A stretch of 64,000 nt of DNA from contig NIVC01002802.1 of the NCBI GenBank assembly GCA_002269645.1, positions 75,386-139,385 on the forward strand, read 5' to 3'. A program made the translations under genes and the position numbers. This DNA comes from Macrostomum lignano. Its lineage: Eukaryota. The stretch's first letter is position 1, and each line of letters starts with the position of its first letter. This document shows positions 26,901 through 39,630 of the stretch, piece after piece. The notes beneath the pieces were generated by a model. The model was not told where the DNA came from, searched no databases, and worked only from the letters and a program-made list of their open reading frames with translations.

Positions 26901-29900
26901 ATTGTTTCTTGGAAATAGGTTTTATCACCGGTTCGTAAAACTCCGTTAGCCGCAATGCTTAGCACCGTGTTGGTGATGCCCAGCTGTTGCAGCTGGTTGG
27001 CTAGCTGGCTCGTGTCTGCTCGAATATTCGAGATGCCGAACGTTAGGGCGCTGTTATTGCCGGCATCTGCGTCGGAGACGTACTGGGAGAAGCTTAATAC
27101 AACGGTTCCTGGCGGACTGTCAACCGTGACACCGCCGAAGAAAGCGGCCGATCGCCATACCGGCGGATTATCGTTGACGTCGCCGATTTGCACGACAATC
27201 TGAGCCATCGACGGGTTGCTGGGATCGTAGGTTACGGGATCGGCGTCCAGGGAGCGGCGAGTTCGACTCAGCTCGTTAGGCGCCGCATTCCATTCGTATG
27301 CGCCTAGGAAAGAGGAATGAAGCAGTAAGACTTCCCCTTACCCTGAATTTTCAGACAACTGTGTATAGTTATAAACAAACTTTTTTAGAGTGGGCATTAA
27401 TTCGAAATTACAAATTAATTGCAAAAACATTTGATTTTTTTGAGCTACGCACGTACATGTAAAAATAAAAATTCTGTCCAATAGAAATATTTCTTTGCAT
27501 CCATTTTTCCAACGTGTAATTTTTAAGGTCTCCATGGCTGGGACGGGGTTTTTGATGATTAAGCGGTGGTAAATAGGTACGTTTGCTGTGAATATGCGGG
27601 TAATTTAATTTGCAATGGTTTTCTAAATAAGACTAGCGACTTACTAGATGAGCAGTAGCTCGCACTGACGGCAATCACGTGGATTGTATATTGAGGCTTC
27701 GATTCCCGATCCGCCTGTATTAGAGCGTAGAAATCTCCGTTGGTCTTGTTCACGAAGAAGTTGTCGTAAGACTTTGCTGCAAGATCAAGCATAGAACGTA
27801 ATGCTTAAGAAAGCGATAGATAATTGATCACACCAGCCTTAATGGGCAGATGTGAGACCGGGAGTTCAGCCGCAGCTATTGCGTGGCGGATCTGAAGGCT
27901 GCGTACGGCTGTTCAGTCCAAAGACTGGGCCGGGGTCGCCACACACACCCTTAATTACCCCAGCTAATGCTGGCACCCATTTTACAGCTGAGTGGACTGA
28001 AGCAATGGATAATTGAGTGTCTTGCTCAAGGACACACAAATTTTCCTTGTGGGTCGAGAATCTAACCCCCGAAATTCCAATCGTGAGTCCGACGCTCTAA
28101 CCACTAGGCTACAACCAGCCCTTAAGAAAGCAACGGAGATCTATTTGAAATCAAAGCAAATGAAAATCGCGAGAAACTTACATATCATGAAGTAGCAAAT
28201 CTGTGCAGTTGGGGTGCCCAGATCGGTATTGACAGCTTTGCCAATTGATCCAAGCCGAGTTCCCGTTAGATTCATGCCTTCTATAGTTGCTGCAGGCGGC
28301 AAGTTCTCCATCAGAGTGAACGTCTGCTCTCTGGACTGCTGCGGAAAGGCTGGCGGGCTCTCGTCCACGGCCCAGACTTCAACTACGACGCTGGTCTGAG
28401 AGCTCAAAGGTGACGCGCCTTGATCTGTGGCCTGTATCTGAAATCGGTACTGTATCTGCAGGGTGCGACGCAAGTTAATAGCGACAGTTAACAAACCAGA
28501 TACTGGATCGATGCGAAACGCCGTCTGATCTGTTGTCGACGATGTGAGACTGAATCGAACGACAGCATTAACTCCATAGTCTTTATCAGTAGCAACCGCT
28601 TGTAGAAGCTCCTTGCCTATAGTGCTCGATGCGTTTGTGGATTCGTTGATTCGAACGTGAATTTCGGAAACGTTTGGATAGATAAACTCTGGAGCATGGT
28701 CATTAACATCGCTGACTGAGATAGTCAGATGAGTAGAACCCGTTTGTCTTGGATCGCCTTTATCAGTAGCCAAGAGGATCAAGTAGAACCAACCAACAGC
28801 GCCTTTGAGATCAGTGCTGGTTGTCAAGCTGGCAGAGTAGCTGTCACCCGTCTGCTTAGTAGTGACCGTAAACAGTGACATTGCCCGATCGCTTTGACCA
28901 GGAACTGGTTGCAAAGAGAAATCTATCTCTTGATTCACGCCTACATCCGCATCTGTGGCTGATATTTCACGAATTAACTGCCCAGCAGTGGCGCTCTCCG
29001 TTAGCGTTGTGATGGTGAAGTTCGCTTGAGAAAATCGAGGAGCATTGTCGTTTACGTCAAGGATACTTATGACCATACTTCGACTGCTTTTCAGGCTGTT
29101 CGTACTCCCTGGATTGTCAAACGCTTCAATCACCAGGTTGTAGACGTCTCCGCCAGTCACGTCGCGATCCAACGGTGCAGTCAAATGTAGTTCGCCAGTT
29201 TCGCTGTTCAGACTGAATTTGCCGCCTCCACCGCTGAGGATTCGGTAGTTGACGGTGCCGAATGCTCCTGTGTCGTTGTCGTAGGCTTTAATAGTAGTCA
29301 GTAAGCTGCCAACACTAATGTTCTCTGGCACTGACAGCGTATCGCTGAACTGATAAAATGTCGGCTGCACGTCATTAATATCCAAAACAGTAATTTCTAC
29401 CGTTCCAGTGGTTTTATGCAGCGAATCTGTTACCAACACTAATAGGGTGTACCTACTCATTGCTTCACGATCCAAGGGCGTTTTCAGTGATAATTGGGCT
29501 GTATTGGGATCAATGCCAAAGTAAGGATCATTTGTTGGCAATGTACTATACTGCAGCTTGGTAGTTGAGGAATCTGCATCTGTTGCAAGGAGCTTGGTAC
29601 TGATTTCTACCGTTCCCTCGTAGATTGAAATTCGGAAGGTTCCGTTCACTGCTGGAGGTTGGAACACTGGCCATTCATCGTTAACATCGCTTAGTGTTAG
29701 AATAAGAGTCCCTGTGGCCGTTTGGATCGGTTGCACGGTTTCGTTTGCAAGATCTTGTACAAATATTGGTATAGTGATCTCGCCAGCCTGTTCACGATCC
29801 AGATTTCCAACCACCGTGATAGCTCCAGTTGTTGGAACGACAGTGAATAGGGATGTGTAATTGTATGCCGCGGGTTGAACAGGTTGACCGCTTGGTTGCA

Positions 29901-32900
29901 AAGCCGACATTTGGTCGTACAGAATACGATAGCTCAGATTGGCCGATGAATCGGGATCCTTGGCCGTGTAGGGAGGCGAAATCGGTAGTGAGAGCCCCAG
30001 CGGCAGGTTCTCTTGCACTGTTTCGCGTCTACTCAACACTTCAAAGTACGGCCGTTGGTTGTTGACATCCCTTACACTGACTACTAGAAGGCAGGACCCG
30101 CTCAGCTGTGGGTAGCCCTGATCATATACACCGATTGTCAAGTTGTATCTATCCCCGAATCTGTTTACATCCAAATCGGCTCCTCTTTCAACCTGTACTA
30201 TGCCTGTGTCACCAAATATGGTGAACTTGTCGGCGGCTCCACTTTGAATGCGATAGAACACCTTTGAGTTCTCGCTGACAGAAGGATCAGCATCCGTAGC
30301 ATTTATTTGGGCCACGAATGTTCCTTCGGGTGCGGTTTCGGCTACAGTTGCGCTAAACACATCCTTTATACAACTGGGAGCGTTATCATTCTGGTCAATA
30401 ACGCCCACCGTGACAGTTACGAAATTGGACAATACTGGCACGCCAGCGTCATAGGCTGCCACCCTCAGAACGATAGTCGGATGCGTCAGAGTCTCGTAGT
30501 CTAGCGGCTTCACAAGGCTCAGAGATCCCGTTGACTGATTGACGGCAAAGCTTGACCCATAGTTGCCGTCAACAATCGCGTACTGAACTAGAGTGTTGTT
30601 AGAACCTTTCTCGTCGTTGTCAACGGCCTAAAGTTAACAGTGGAAGTGCATGAACGACAAGCAGAAGCACTGGTAATGTCGATTTAATGATTTATCGAAT
30701 GGGGAGATACAAAAAATCCAACCAATTCCTTGTCTATACTAGTCATTAAAGTACAACGCCCACGAACTAGTCAGATACGATAATCCAAGCTCTTTGGCGT
30801 GGCCATCTGGATCATGGCTGAGAACAGCTCATCCTCTGCATCGGCCCCGCCCACTAAAGCAAGTCTTGTTACAAAAAGGTTTCATCGACAGAATCCTATC
30901 GCCTAGGAAGCGCGTGTTGGGTAGAGGGACAGAATGGAAAAGCATGAAAGTAATGTTTAGAATGGTGAGATCGAGGTAATGAAAAGGTACGGAGAGGAGA
31001 GTTAGGGATTTAGTGAGCAGCTAAGCCTGTGTTCTACTGTGCCAATCTCAATTAATCAATATCATTATTGCAAACGACTCTCTCCCAGATGTTTTTTCTC
31101 GTGTTCGTCAATAAGGGGATCACGGAGGGAATCCGAGTGGGTCATCATCTCCACAGGAGAGTCGCTGTCGAACAGAATGACAGACAGGCCGGTTGAAATC
31201 GGAAACGCAGCTACTGGTCGCTAATCAGGCATTAAGCAGTTACGAACCTCAACCTGCAGAGAGCTCTCAAATGTCAACGAGTTCTCTTTCACTAGTCCCG
31301 AGTAGCTTGGACGAGTGAACACGGGTGCATTGTCGTTGACGTCGGTCAGGTGGACCTCCAGTTGCACTGTGCTCACAAAGCCCCCACCGTCGCGAGCTCT
31401 TGCGGCTAAATAGATCACTGAAATGCGTTCGCGATCCAGCGGCGTTGTTGCGGGAGTTGTGGCAGGGTCTACGTTTACCGTTACTTCTCCAGTGTCAGAG
31501 TTAATGCTGAATCTGTAGTGCGAACGCGTGTTGACAAATGTAGCAAATTTATTTATGCTTCTTGAACAGGGGTAGCTATAGCAACTTACATATTGTTGTC
31601 TGTTCCATCCAAGCTGTATGATATTGCTCCGAAAGCACCACTGTCCAAGTCAGTGGCCTGAAAAATGTATAGTTAGTTTCGAATATTTAGTTTGCAATCA
31701 CACTGGTTTTAACAAACACAGAGCAGTGCGAAAAGCTTACTGTAACTCGTCCCACAACAACACCTTGAACGGAGTTTTCCAGGATGCTAAAGACGTACTT
31801 TGTCTTGTCAAATATTGGCCAGTTATCATTAGCATCGATGATTTGCAAAGCGACCGTGGCGGTGCTCGACCGAAGTTCCGTCGTTTGCGTCTCTCTGGCT
31901 ATCATCTACAATGAAAAAGTAATTTAATGTCATTATTTATTTGTACTTCTTTTGCGGCCAAAAAACCTGCTTTCTTACCAGAAAGTTGACACTCTTCACA
32001 GTTTCGTAGTCCAACAGTGTTGAATTCTTTACTCGGACGATCAAGGTAGCTTCCACCGATCCCGTTGCTGGTGCCACCTCAAAGTCTGCGTATGTTCGAC
32101 CGTCCTTCCACACCGTTATATTGAACAGAGCGTTGACTCCAGCATCGAAATCCTGTACGACAACTCGATCTGCGAAACTGATTGGAACTCCAACCTGGGT
32201 GTTTTCAACTACGCTAGCGTTGAAAGTAGCCTGATTGAAGGTTGGAGTGCGATCGTTCTGATCCTCTACAATGATGGCGACGCTGGTTCGCGTCTGTGAG
32301 ATATTTTCAGGCTGCGATACCGTCGAGACCTCCTTGGCGATGACGGGCAGGTCGATTGTTCCGTACACGGCTAGTAGCTCCGCACTCTCCCGGTCTAGCG
32401 GAGTTGAACCAACAGTCAGTTGGCCGGTGGACTTGTCTAGGCTGAAGTACTTAGAGAAGGCGTTGGCAGAATCCAGGTAGTACTCGACGGGGTTAGGCAC
32501 GCCGCGATCTCCATCTAAGGCTTGTACAGTCACTACAAGTGTATCTTTGGGAGAGTTCTCCGGGATTCTGGCGATGTAGGGCACTTTCTGAAAGAAGGGC
32601 GGCGTGTCCTGCTGATCGAGCACGTTGATAATGATGTCGGAAAAGACGGATGACCCGCCAGCGGAAGTATCCGTAGCGTTAACGGCAATCTGGTAGAACT
32701 TGTTAGTCTCATAGTCCAGCGCCTTTAACAATGAGACGTTCCGTTCGCAGGAGGCGCGACAATTGGGGCCGGTGAAGCTAAACAGACCGTCAATGTTGAT
32801 TCCTGACACCTCCTGTTGAGTAAATTGACCGGTTGATGGGATCAATAAAGGACAAATTATTCGGAAACTCGTTGCATTAGTTTAATATTAATATTAATAA

Positions 32901-34737
32901 TAATTTATTGCACCTGAGGTGCAACCGACAGTTCAGCCGCTGGCTGTGTACGGCTGTTCAGTCCAAGGCTGGGGGGTCGCCACACACACCCTCAATTATC
33001 CCAGTTAATGATGGCACCAATTTTACAGCTCAGGGGACTGAATCAATGCAGAGTTAAGTGTCTTGCTCATGGAGACAAATGGTTCCGAGTGGTCAAGAAT
33101 CGAACCCCCGACCTTTCAGTCGTGAGTCCGACGCTCTAACCACTACTCATTACGCGTTAGTTTAACATAATTGAGAGAACCAGCTGCGGTTCGTAGAAAC
33201 CAACCTTAAAATTCAGCTGGATTGAGCCAGCGTCCCGGTCCCTGTCAATGGCTTGCACTTTGAACGGCGCGACCGACAGGGTATTCTGTAAGAAGCATTC
33301 GAATAGATAAATAATACGTTTTCAAAGCTGGCCAAGAGCTTAGTTAACAGATCACCCGGGAAGGTTTCGGTCAAATCAAATTGATAGTCGATTCGCCCTT
33401 GAGCAGTGTCGTACGCAGGAACTTAATTGAAGGGGGCCGCAAGCCTACGGGGCGCCGATATTTGGTGTCTTGGGCGCCCCTGTCTCTTGATGTGCGTCCC
33501 CGTCTCTTGATGGGCGTCCCTGTCTCTTGATGGGCGTCCCTGTCTCTTGGTGGGCGCCTTTTGTCTCTTGGTGAGTGTTTTTGTTTCTTGGTGGGCGTCC
33601 CATGTCTCTTGATGTGCGTCCCCGTCTCTTAATGGGCGTCCATGTCTCTTAATGGGCGTCCATGTCTCTTGATGGGCGTCCCTGTCTCTTGGTGGGCGCC
33701 CCTGACTATTGGTGGGCGTCTTTGTCTCTTGGTGGGCGCCTTTGTCTCTTGGTGGGCGCCCCTGACTCCTGGTGGGCGTCTTTGTCTCTTGGTGGGCGCC
33801 CCTGACTCCTGGTGGGCGTCTTTGTCTCTTGGTGGGCGCCCCTGACTCTTGGTGGGCGCCTCTACCCCTGTCTCGGGGAGATGCCACGTCCAAGAAATGT
33901 CAAAAGTTAATTTCCCCTGTAATACGTCGCAGCCTCTAATAAAATGAATGAAGCTCTTTCATTTAGTTTCTGGGTTAGCTCACTTAGGCACAATAAACAG
34001 TCGTTAACCCTTAAGCTTACCCAGTTTCGGTGGAGAACTTACCTCGGGAATTTCCCATCGATACGGCTGAAGCAGGAACTCGGGCTTGTTGTCATTTATG
34101 TCGGTAATTATTACTGGATTAAACAGTTTAGAAATCTGTAAAGCGAATACCGAAGTATCGAGGCATGATGTTTAAATAATAAAACGAAGATTTTCAAAGT
34201 TAGACATACAACCGCCTTACTATATTTAGATTTCCATCGTTAAGTGTAATCTGTAATTCCATTGAAATCTTATTGTAGCTCTGAAAAATGATATTGAATT
34301 AGCATTCGGTATGATATTTTAGCTTGTATGTCACTGTAGAATCGATTACAAAATTAAAAGAATTAAATTCGGGACTAGAATTGTATCCAGCGCAAAACGT
34401 AGAAGAAATTAGTACGGAAGTCTCTTACAAACTCTTTTTTAAATCATGTGCTAAATAAAGAATCCAGCTGCGGCCCAAATAAAAGAGAAAAAATAGGAAA
34501 TAGAGGAGAGAGAGAATAGTTGAGAGTGAAGAAAAGAAAGGAGATGGGAGAGGTGAGAGACGAAATGAGAAAAGGAGAAAGAATTGAGAAGATGAGAGGA
34601 GAGATGAGATGAAAGGAGAGAGGCGAGACAGTAGATGAGAGGGAGATTAGAGAAGAGCGGAGACTGTAAAGGCGAGAGAGGAGATGAGAAAAGAGCAAGA
34701 TGAGATGAGAGGGAAGAGAAATTGAGAGGGGAGAGGT

Positions 34738-34773
<36 letters not shown>

Positions 34774-37427
34774 AGAGAAGAGAGGTCACGTCGTGTTTAA
34801 TTTTTTATTATAGGCTAAAGGTTTCAAGCCTCTGGGCTCTTCGTCAGGCCAAAAAATCTAAATCTAAATCTAAATCAAAAAGCCAAAAGAGCAAGATGAG
34901 AAAAGAGCAAGATGAGATGAGAGGGAAGAGAAATTGAGAGGGGAGAGGAGAGAGAACACAAAAGAGAGAAAAGGTGAGAGAAAAGAAGAGAGGAGAGGCG
35001 AGAGGCAAGAGAGGAGATAAAATAGGAGAGAAGAGAACTGATCGGAGTTTCAAAGAACCCGAAGGCCTGGATAGAGAGGCTTCGCAGACCCCTGCTCGCA
35101 AGAGAATTCGCAAAGATACACGGAAACACAAGATACACTAAAGAGATTGGAAAAGTAAATTTTGCCTAAACTTTTCTTGCTCTAGCATGTTTTACTTTTT
35201 GGTTGATGTTACATGTATGTGTGTACTTTCTATTTCCCAAAATCCCTACTGGAACGATATTGAATCAATTTCGAATCGAACCTCAGCATCGAGACGACCG
35301 CTAGAGTACAACACGGCGGTCCTGCTCGCACTATCCGACGTCAGCCGGAAGAAGTAGGTGGCCTGATCAGCGCCGACCAGCTGCATGGAGACGCTGTCAC
35401 CGTCGGCGTCTGCTGCAACAATGCGCATCAGCGGCACACCTGGAATTGAATTGAGCGGATAACTGCTGAATGTACTTTTAGTATTCTTTTAATAGGAAGT
35501 TCCATTTCGTTAGATTAATGGCGCCAATTCAATAGTTGATTAGCGCCACTTAATTTGAGAGAGAGAGAGAGAGAGAGAGAAAGGGGCGCCATTTCATTTG
35601 AGAGAGGGGCGCCATTTCATTTGAGAGGGGCGCCACTTCATTTGAGAGAGAGGGGCGCCATTTCATTTGAGAGAGAGAGGCGCCATTTCATTTGAGAGAG
35701 AGAGGCGCCATTTCATTTGAGAGAGAGGCGCCATTTCATTTGAGAGAGAGGCGCCATTTCATTTGAGAGAGAGGCGCCATTTCATTTGAGAGAGAGGCGC
35801 CATTTCATTTGATAGGTGGTGCGGTTTAATTTGATAGGAGGCGCCACTTCATTTGATAGGAGGCGCCATTTCATTTGAGAGAGAGGCGCCACTTCATTTG
35901 ATAGGAGGTGCCATTTCATTTGAGAGAGAGGCGCCACTTCATTTGATAGGAGGCGCCATTTCATTTGATAGGAGGCGCCATTTCATTTGATAGGAGGCGC
36001 CATTTCATTTGATAGGTGGCGTGGTTTAATTTGTCAGGAGGGGCTATGTCAATTTTGATGTCTAAAAAGCCAAAGTCCGTAGTCAAAAAATCTATATCTC
36101 ACCTGAAGGAATTTCTTCTTTAAAATAGATAATGTAGGACGAGCCCGAGCAGTCCTCTCCGCCAGGTAATGTCACGTAGGTGCTATTGAGATTTTCGCAC
36201 CTGCTCACAGCGGGCGGTAGATTGCCGAAACCTATCCAAGGGTTAATTGGATGGACGGAGCTTAGCAGTCCCTGCATCAATTCAAATTAATAATTAACTA
36301 ATTTAATCGAGATGGCCAGGGAGATTTCTATCTAACAAGATGAAAAACTTCAAAAACTCATGCAGTGGGTCATTTTATAGCTATGTATAGGTGATTAATA
36401 ATTAATTAGGCTTTAGTGAATAGGATTCCTTTCTAAAAGCTTTAAATTGATTGCTAGTTTAAGTATAGGAAACTTTTCAACTCAACCTTGGGTTAATTAA
36501 CCTTGCGGCTGCGCTATATTTAGCAACAATTAGTACTGTGAATTAAATTAAATTATATGACCGTGACTTTGTTTTACTTTTGATTTGATAATCAAAGTCA
36601 GACTTAAAGAGCAAATGATTTTAAAGTCTTACCAAGATTCAGTTCTAGAAAATTACATTTATTATTAGTTTTCTTAATTTGCTAATCAGATTTGAAATTT
36701 TTGTTATAACTTTATGATATAAATTTTAAAAGGATAAACTAAGTGGCTGTTCGAAGGGTCACCAGGGGCGCCAGCAGCGAGGACAGGTACCCTACCAGAA
36801 AGAGGACAGGTACCCTACCAGAGAGAGGACAGGTACCCTACCAGAGAGAGGACAGGTACCCTACCAGAAAGAGGACAGGTACCCTACCAGAGAGAGGACA
36901 GGTACCCTACCAGAGAGAGGACAGGTACCCTACCAGAGAGAGGACAGGTACCCTACCAGAGAGAGGACAGGTACCCTACCAGAGAGAGGACAGGTACCCT
37001 ACCAGAGAGAGGAAAAGCACCCTACAAGAGAGAGGATAAGCACCCTACCAGAAGGAGGACAGTTACCCTACCAGAGAGAGGACAGGTATCCTACCAGAGA
37101 GGGGACAGAACAGATACCCTACCAGAGAGAGGACAAGCACCCTACCAGAGAGAGGACAGGTAACTCTACCAGAGAAGGGAAAGACACCCTACCAGAGAGG
37201 ACAGGCACCCTACCAGAGACAGGACAGGTACCCTACCAGAGACAGGACAGGCACCCTACCAGAGACAGGACAGGTACCCTACCAGAGACAGGACAGGCAC
37301 CCTACCAGCGAGAGGACATGTTAGAAGCGAGAGACAAATAAAACCAAGTCAACTTACCTGGTTGCACAAGAGACAACCAAATAATAGCTAATACCGTTCC
37401 CGGTTGCTTTAAAATTTGTTGTATCAT
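23994..37427 (-). CDS. Large non-classical cadherin, Cad87A/CDH23-like (signal peptide, 13 EC repeats, membrane-proximal domain, TM, PDZ-type tail)
   Basis: Phase-consistent exons: 37427-37358, 36231-36103, 35439-35282, 34280-34221, 34135-34043, 33285-33205, 32812-31979, 31905-31741, 31657-31590, 31512-31248, 30627-28182, 27776-27645, 27303-26658, 26571-26267, 25888-25828, 24388-24326, 24237-23994. Repeated DxNDNxP, LDYE/LDRE and AxDxD motifs; TM IALIAVACGLTVMLFFSCVSLW; cytoplasmic RKLKAATA..PGTN..YEGSNPIW as in the CDH23/Cad87A family; ends TSEI*. Confidence 0.93.
25334..25541 (-). CDS. Candidate alternative terminal exon of the cadherin
   Basis: Pyrimidine-rich region then GCAG acceptor at 25543-25542 in phase 2, matching the preceding exon; open to a stop at 25336-25334; contains GDSNPY and ends QTLF*. 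Confidence 0.5.
25990..26190. repeat. 15-bp degenerate minisatellite CTGGTGCTAAAGCCC
   Basis: Tandem units in a cadherin intron. Confidence 0.85.
27829..28120 (-). mobile_element. tRNA-derived SINE with CORE-like domain
   Basis: Minus strand: A box TAGCCTAGTGG, degenerate B box, then GTGTCCTTGAGCAAGACACTCAA..CAGTCCACTCAGCTGTAAATGGGT, which aligns by eye with the MIR/CORE consensus. Confidence 0.8.
32905..33150 (-). mobile_element. Second copy of the same SINE family
   Basis: AGTGGTTAGAGCGTCGGACTCACGA head, B box GGTTCGATTC, CORE-like GCAAGACACTTAAC..CTGAGCTGTAAAATTGGT; shares the GGACTGAACAGCCGTAC body with 27829-28120; AT-rich tail. Confidence 0.8.
33470..33860. repeat. 20-bp minisatellite GGGCGCCCCTGTCTCTTGGT
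   Basis: Tandem units in a cadherin intron. Confidence 0.92.
34450..35095 (+). mobile_element. Further degenerate MITE copy with purine-rich interior
   Basis: TAAAGAATCCAGCT shared with about 16811; TTCAAAGAACCCGAAGGCCTGGATAGAGAGGCTT resembles about 20405-20440. Confidence 0.5.
34813..34850 (-). ncRNA. Degenerate minimal type I hammerhead ribozyme motif
   Basis: Minus strand GGC-CUGACGA-AGAGCC(CAGA)GGCUU-GAAAC-C-UUUA-GCC; stem III is imperfect. Confidence 0.4.
35565..36020. repeat. ~23-bp minisatellite GGCGCCATTTCATTTGAGAGAGA with variable GA run
   Basis: Tandem units in a cadherin intron. Confidence 0.92.
36770..37320. repeat. 21-bp minisatellite AGAGAGGACAGGTACCCTACC
   Basis: Tandem units in cadherin intron 1. 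Confidence 0.95.
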
Positions 37428-38504
37428 TTCTGACCGTTTTCTAAGATAAAAAAAATAAATATTCTAGTGCAAAGCCACAGAGCTGTCCCACAATCTCTGC
37501 AGTGTCTTCACTCTTGGCTCTCCTATATTATTTAAATTGCGCTTCTCAAATATGGGACTGCAGTTGGGAAGAGCTTTGAGCACGGGCGGAGGCGGATAAA
37601 TCCCACAGGATGGCCAAAGCCAGCTATTTCTTCCTGAGGCTGTCTCTCTCTTCTGCTGAACATCCGAGAGCCGCTGTCCTCTTTCCACTCTCTGTCTCTC
37701 TCTCTTTCAGTCAGTCCCTCTCACCCCTTCTTCTTCTATGTCAAACCTACTGACTCTTTGAAATGAACGGGGGAGTTTAGCGGGGTAGAGAGGCAGGAGA
37801 GGTGCAGAGGTGAGCGGGGTTGGGCGGGGTCCCGGATAGGGAGGCACGACGGGCGTCTAGGTCTAGGTGAGAACGAGCGTTGCCCGTCCCCACCGACGAG
37901 AGAGATTTGGGCAGGGAAATGAGTTTACAGAAACGGAGAGGGACTATTGGATTTGGTCAGGATCCAGAGCTGCTCCAGCAGTTCCTCCCTGAGCCTGTCC
38001 CGCTCCACCCCTACACGTAGCTTTGCGCGGCGAGACATTCAATCGGATAAAAGCGGTATGGGCGGTGCCCAGTTTCTTCTTCTAGACCTAATATTATTGT
38101 TTCTGAGCTGTGTTGTTATTAATAGCAACTGAGGCCGATGCAGTCAGCAAGATTCGAGCTTTAATGCTATAAAATTAACCAGTAATATAGCCATGACTTC
38201 TATAGCAGAGGGCGCCTACAGCATGCAGAGGGGTCCGCAAACTCCGACATACAAAGCCTCTCTATCCGGCACTCGGATTCCTTGAAACTTGAAGGTTTGT
38301 GTCCCTTCTCTTTAATCTCGTTTCTTATATCTCTCTTCTCTCTCCCCTCCTGTGGGCCGAAGTCATGCACTAATCTGGCCAGGGCCTGAAGGTCTTAAAA
38401 CTTTTCCGAACCCTGGTGTTGGGGAGACAGAGACAAGAATTCTTCATTTGCATGTACAGTACATTACTAAATTCCTACGTGTATATTATTTTGAGAACCG
38501 AACG

Positions 38505-39630
38505 TGTTGTTAGGCACTCATTTTGGCGCCGCAGGCACTCATTTTGGCGCCGCAGGCACTCATTTTGGCGCCGCAGGCACTCATTTTAGCTTTGCAGGCA
38601 CTCATTTTAGCTTTGCAGGCACTCATTTTAGCTTTGCAGGCACTCATTTTGGCGCCGCAGGCACTCATTTTGGCGCCGCAGGCACTCATTTTGGCACCGC
38701 AGGCACTCATTTTAGCTTTGCAGGCACTCATTTTAGCTTTGCAGGCACTCATTTTGGCGCCGCAGGCACTCATTTTGGCGCTATAGGCACTCATTTTGGC
38801 AAAGCAGGCACTCATTTTAGCTTTGCAGGCACTCATTTTAGCTTTGCAGGCACTCATTTTAGCTTTGCAGGCACTCATTTTAGCATTGCAGGCACTCATT
38901 TTAGCGCCGCAGGCACTCATTTTGGCGCCAAAGGCACTCATTTTGGCGCTACAGACACTCATTTTGGCGCCGCAGACACTCATTTTGGCGCTATAGGCAC
39001 TCATTTTGGCACCTCAGTCACTCGTTTTTGGCGCCATAGGCACTCATTTTGGCGCCATAGGCACTCATTTTGGCGCCGCAGGCACTCATTTTGGCGCCTC
39101 AGGTACTCATTTTGGCGCCGCAGGCACTCATTTTGGCGCCTCAGGCACTCATTTTGGCGCCGCAGGCACTCGTTTTTGGCGCCGCAGGCACTCATTTTGG
39201 CGCCAAAGGCACTCATTTTGGCGCTACAGACACTCATTTTGGCGCCGCAGACACTCATTTTGGCGCTATAGGCACTCATTTTGGCACCTCAGTCACTCAT
39301 TTTGGCGCCGCAGGCACTCATTTTAGCTTTGCAGGCACTCGTTTTTGGCGCCATAGGCACTCATTTTGGCGCCATGGGCACTCATTTTGGCGCCGCAGGC
39401 ACTCATTTTGGCGCCTCAGGTACTCATTTTGGCGCCGCAGGCACTCATTTTGGCGCCTCAGGCACTCATTTTGGCGCCGCAGGCACTCGTTTTTGGCGCC
39501 GCAGACACTCATTTTGGCACCTCAGTCACTCATTTTGGCGCCGCAGGCACTCATTTTGGCGCCTCAGGCACTCATTTTGGCGCCGCAGGCACTCGTTTTT
39601 GGCGCCGCAGGCACTCATTTTGGCGCCCTG
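38505..39630. repeat. 21-bp minisatellite GGCACTCATTTTGGCGCCGCA (~50 units, internal block duplications)
   Basis: Tandem units; variant blocks recur. Confidence 0.97.

Noticed and set aside
28040-28120. Functional tRNA gene (also 33080-33150)
   Set aside because: Anticodon and acceptor stems do not pair and the head runs into a CORE-like body; classed as SINE.
33300-33420. Open frame VPAYDTAQGRIDYQFDLTETFP as an extra cadherin exon
   Set aside because: Its acceptor is phase 1 while flanking exons are phase 0, and EC2 is complete without it.
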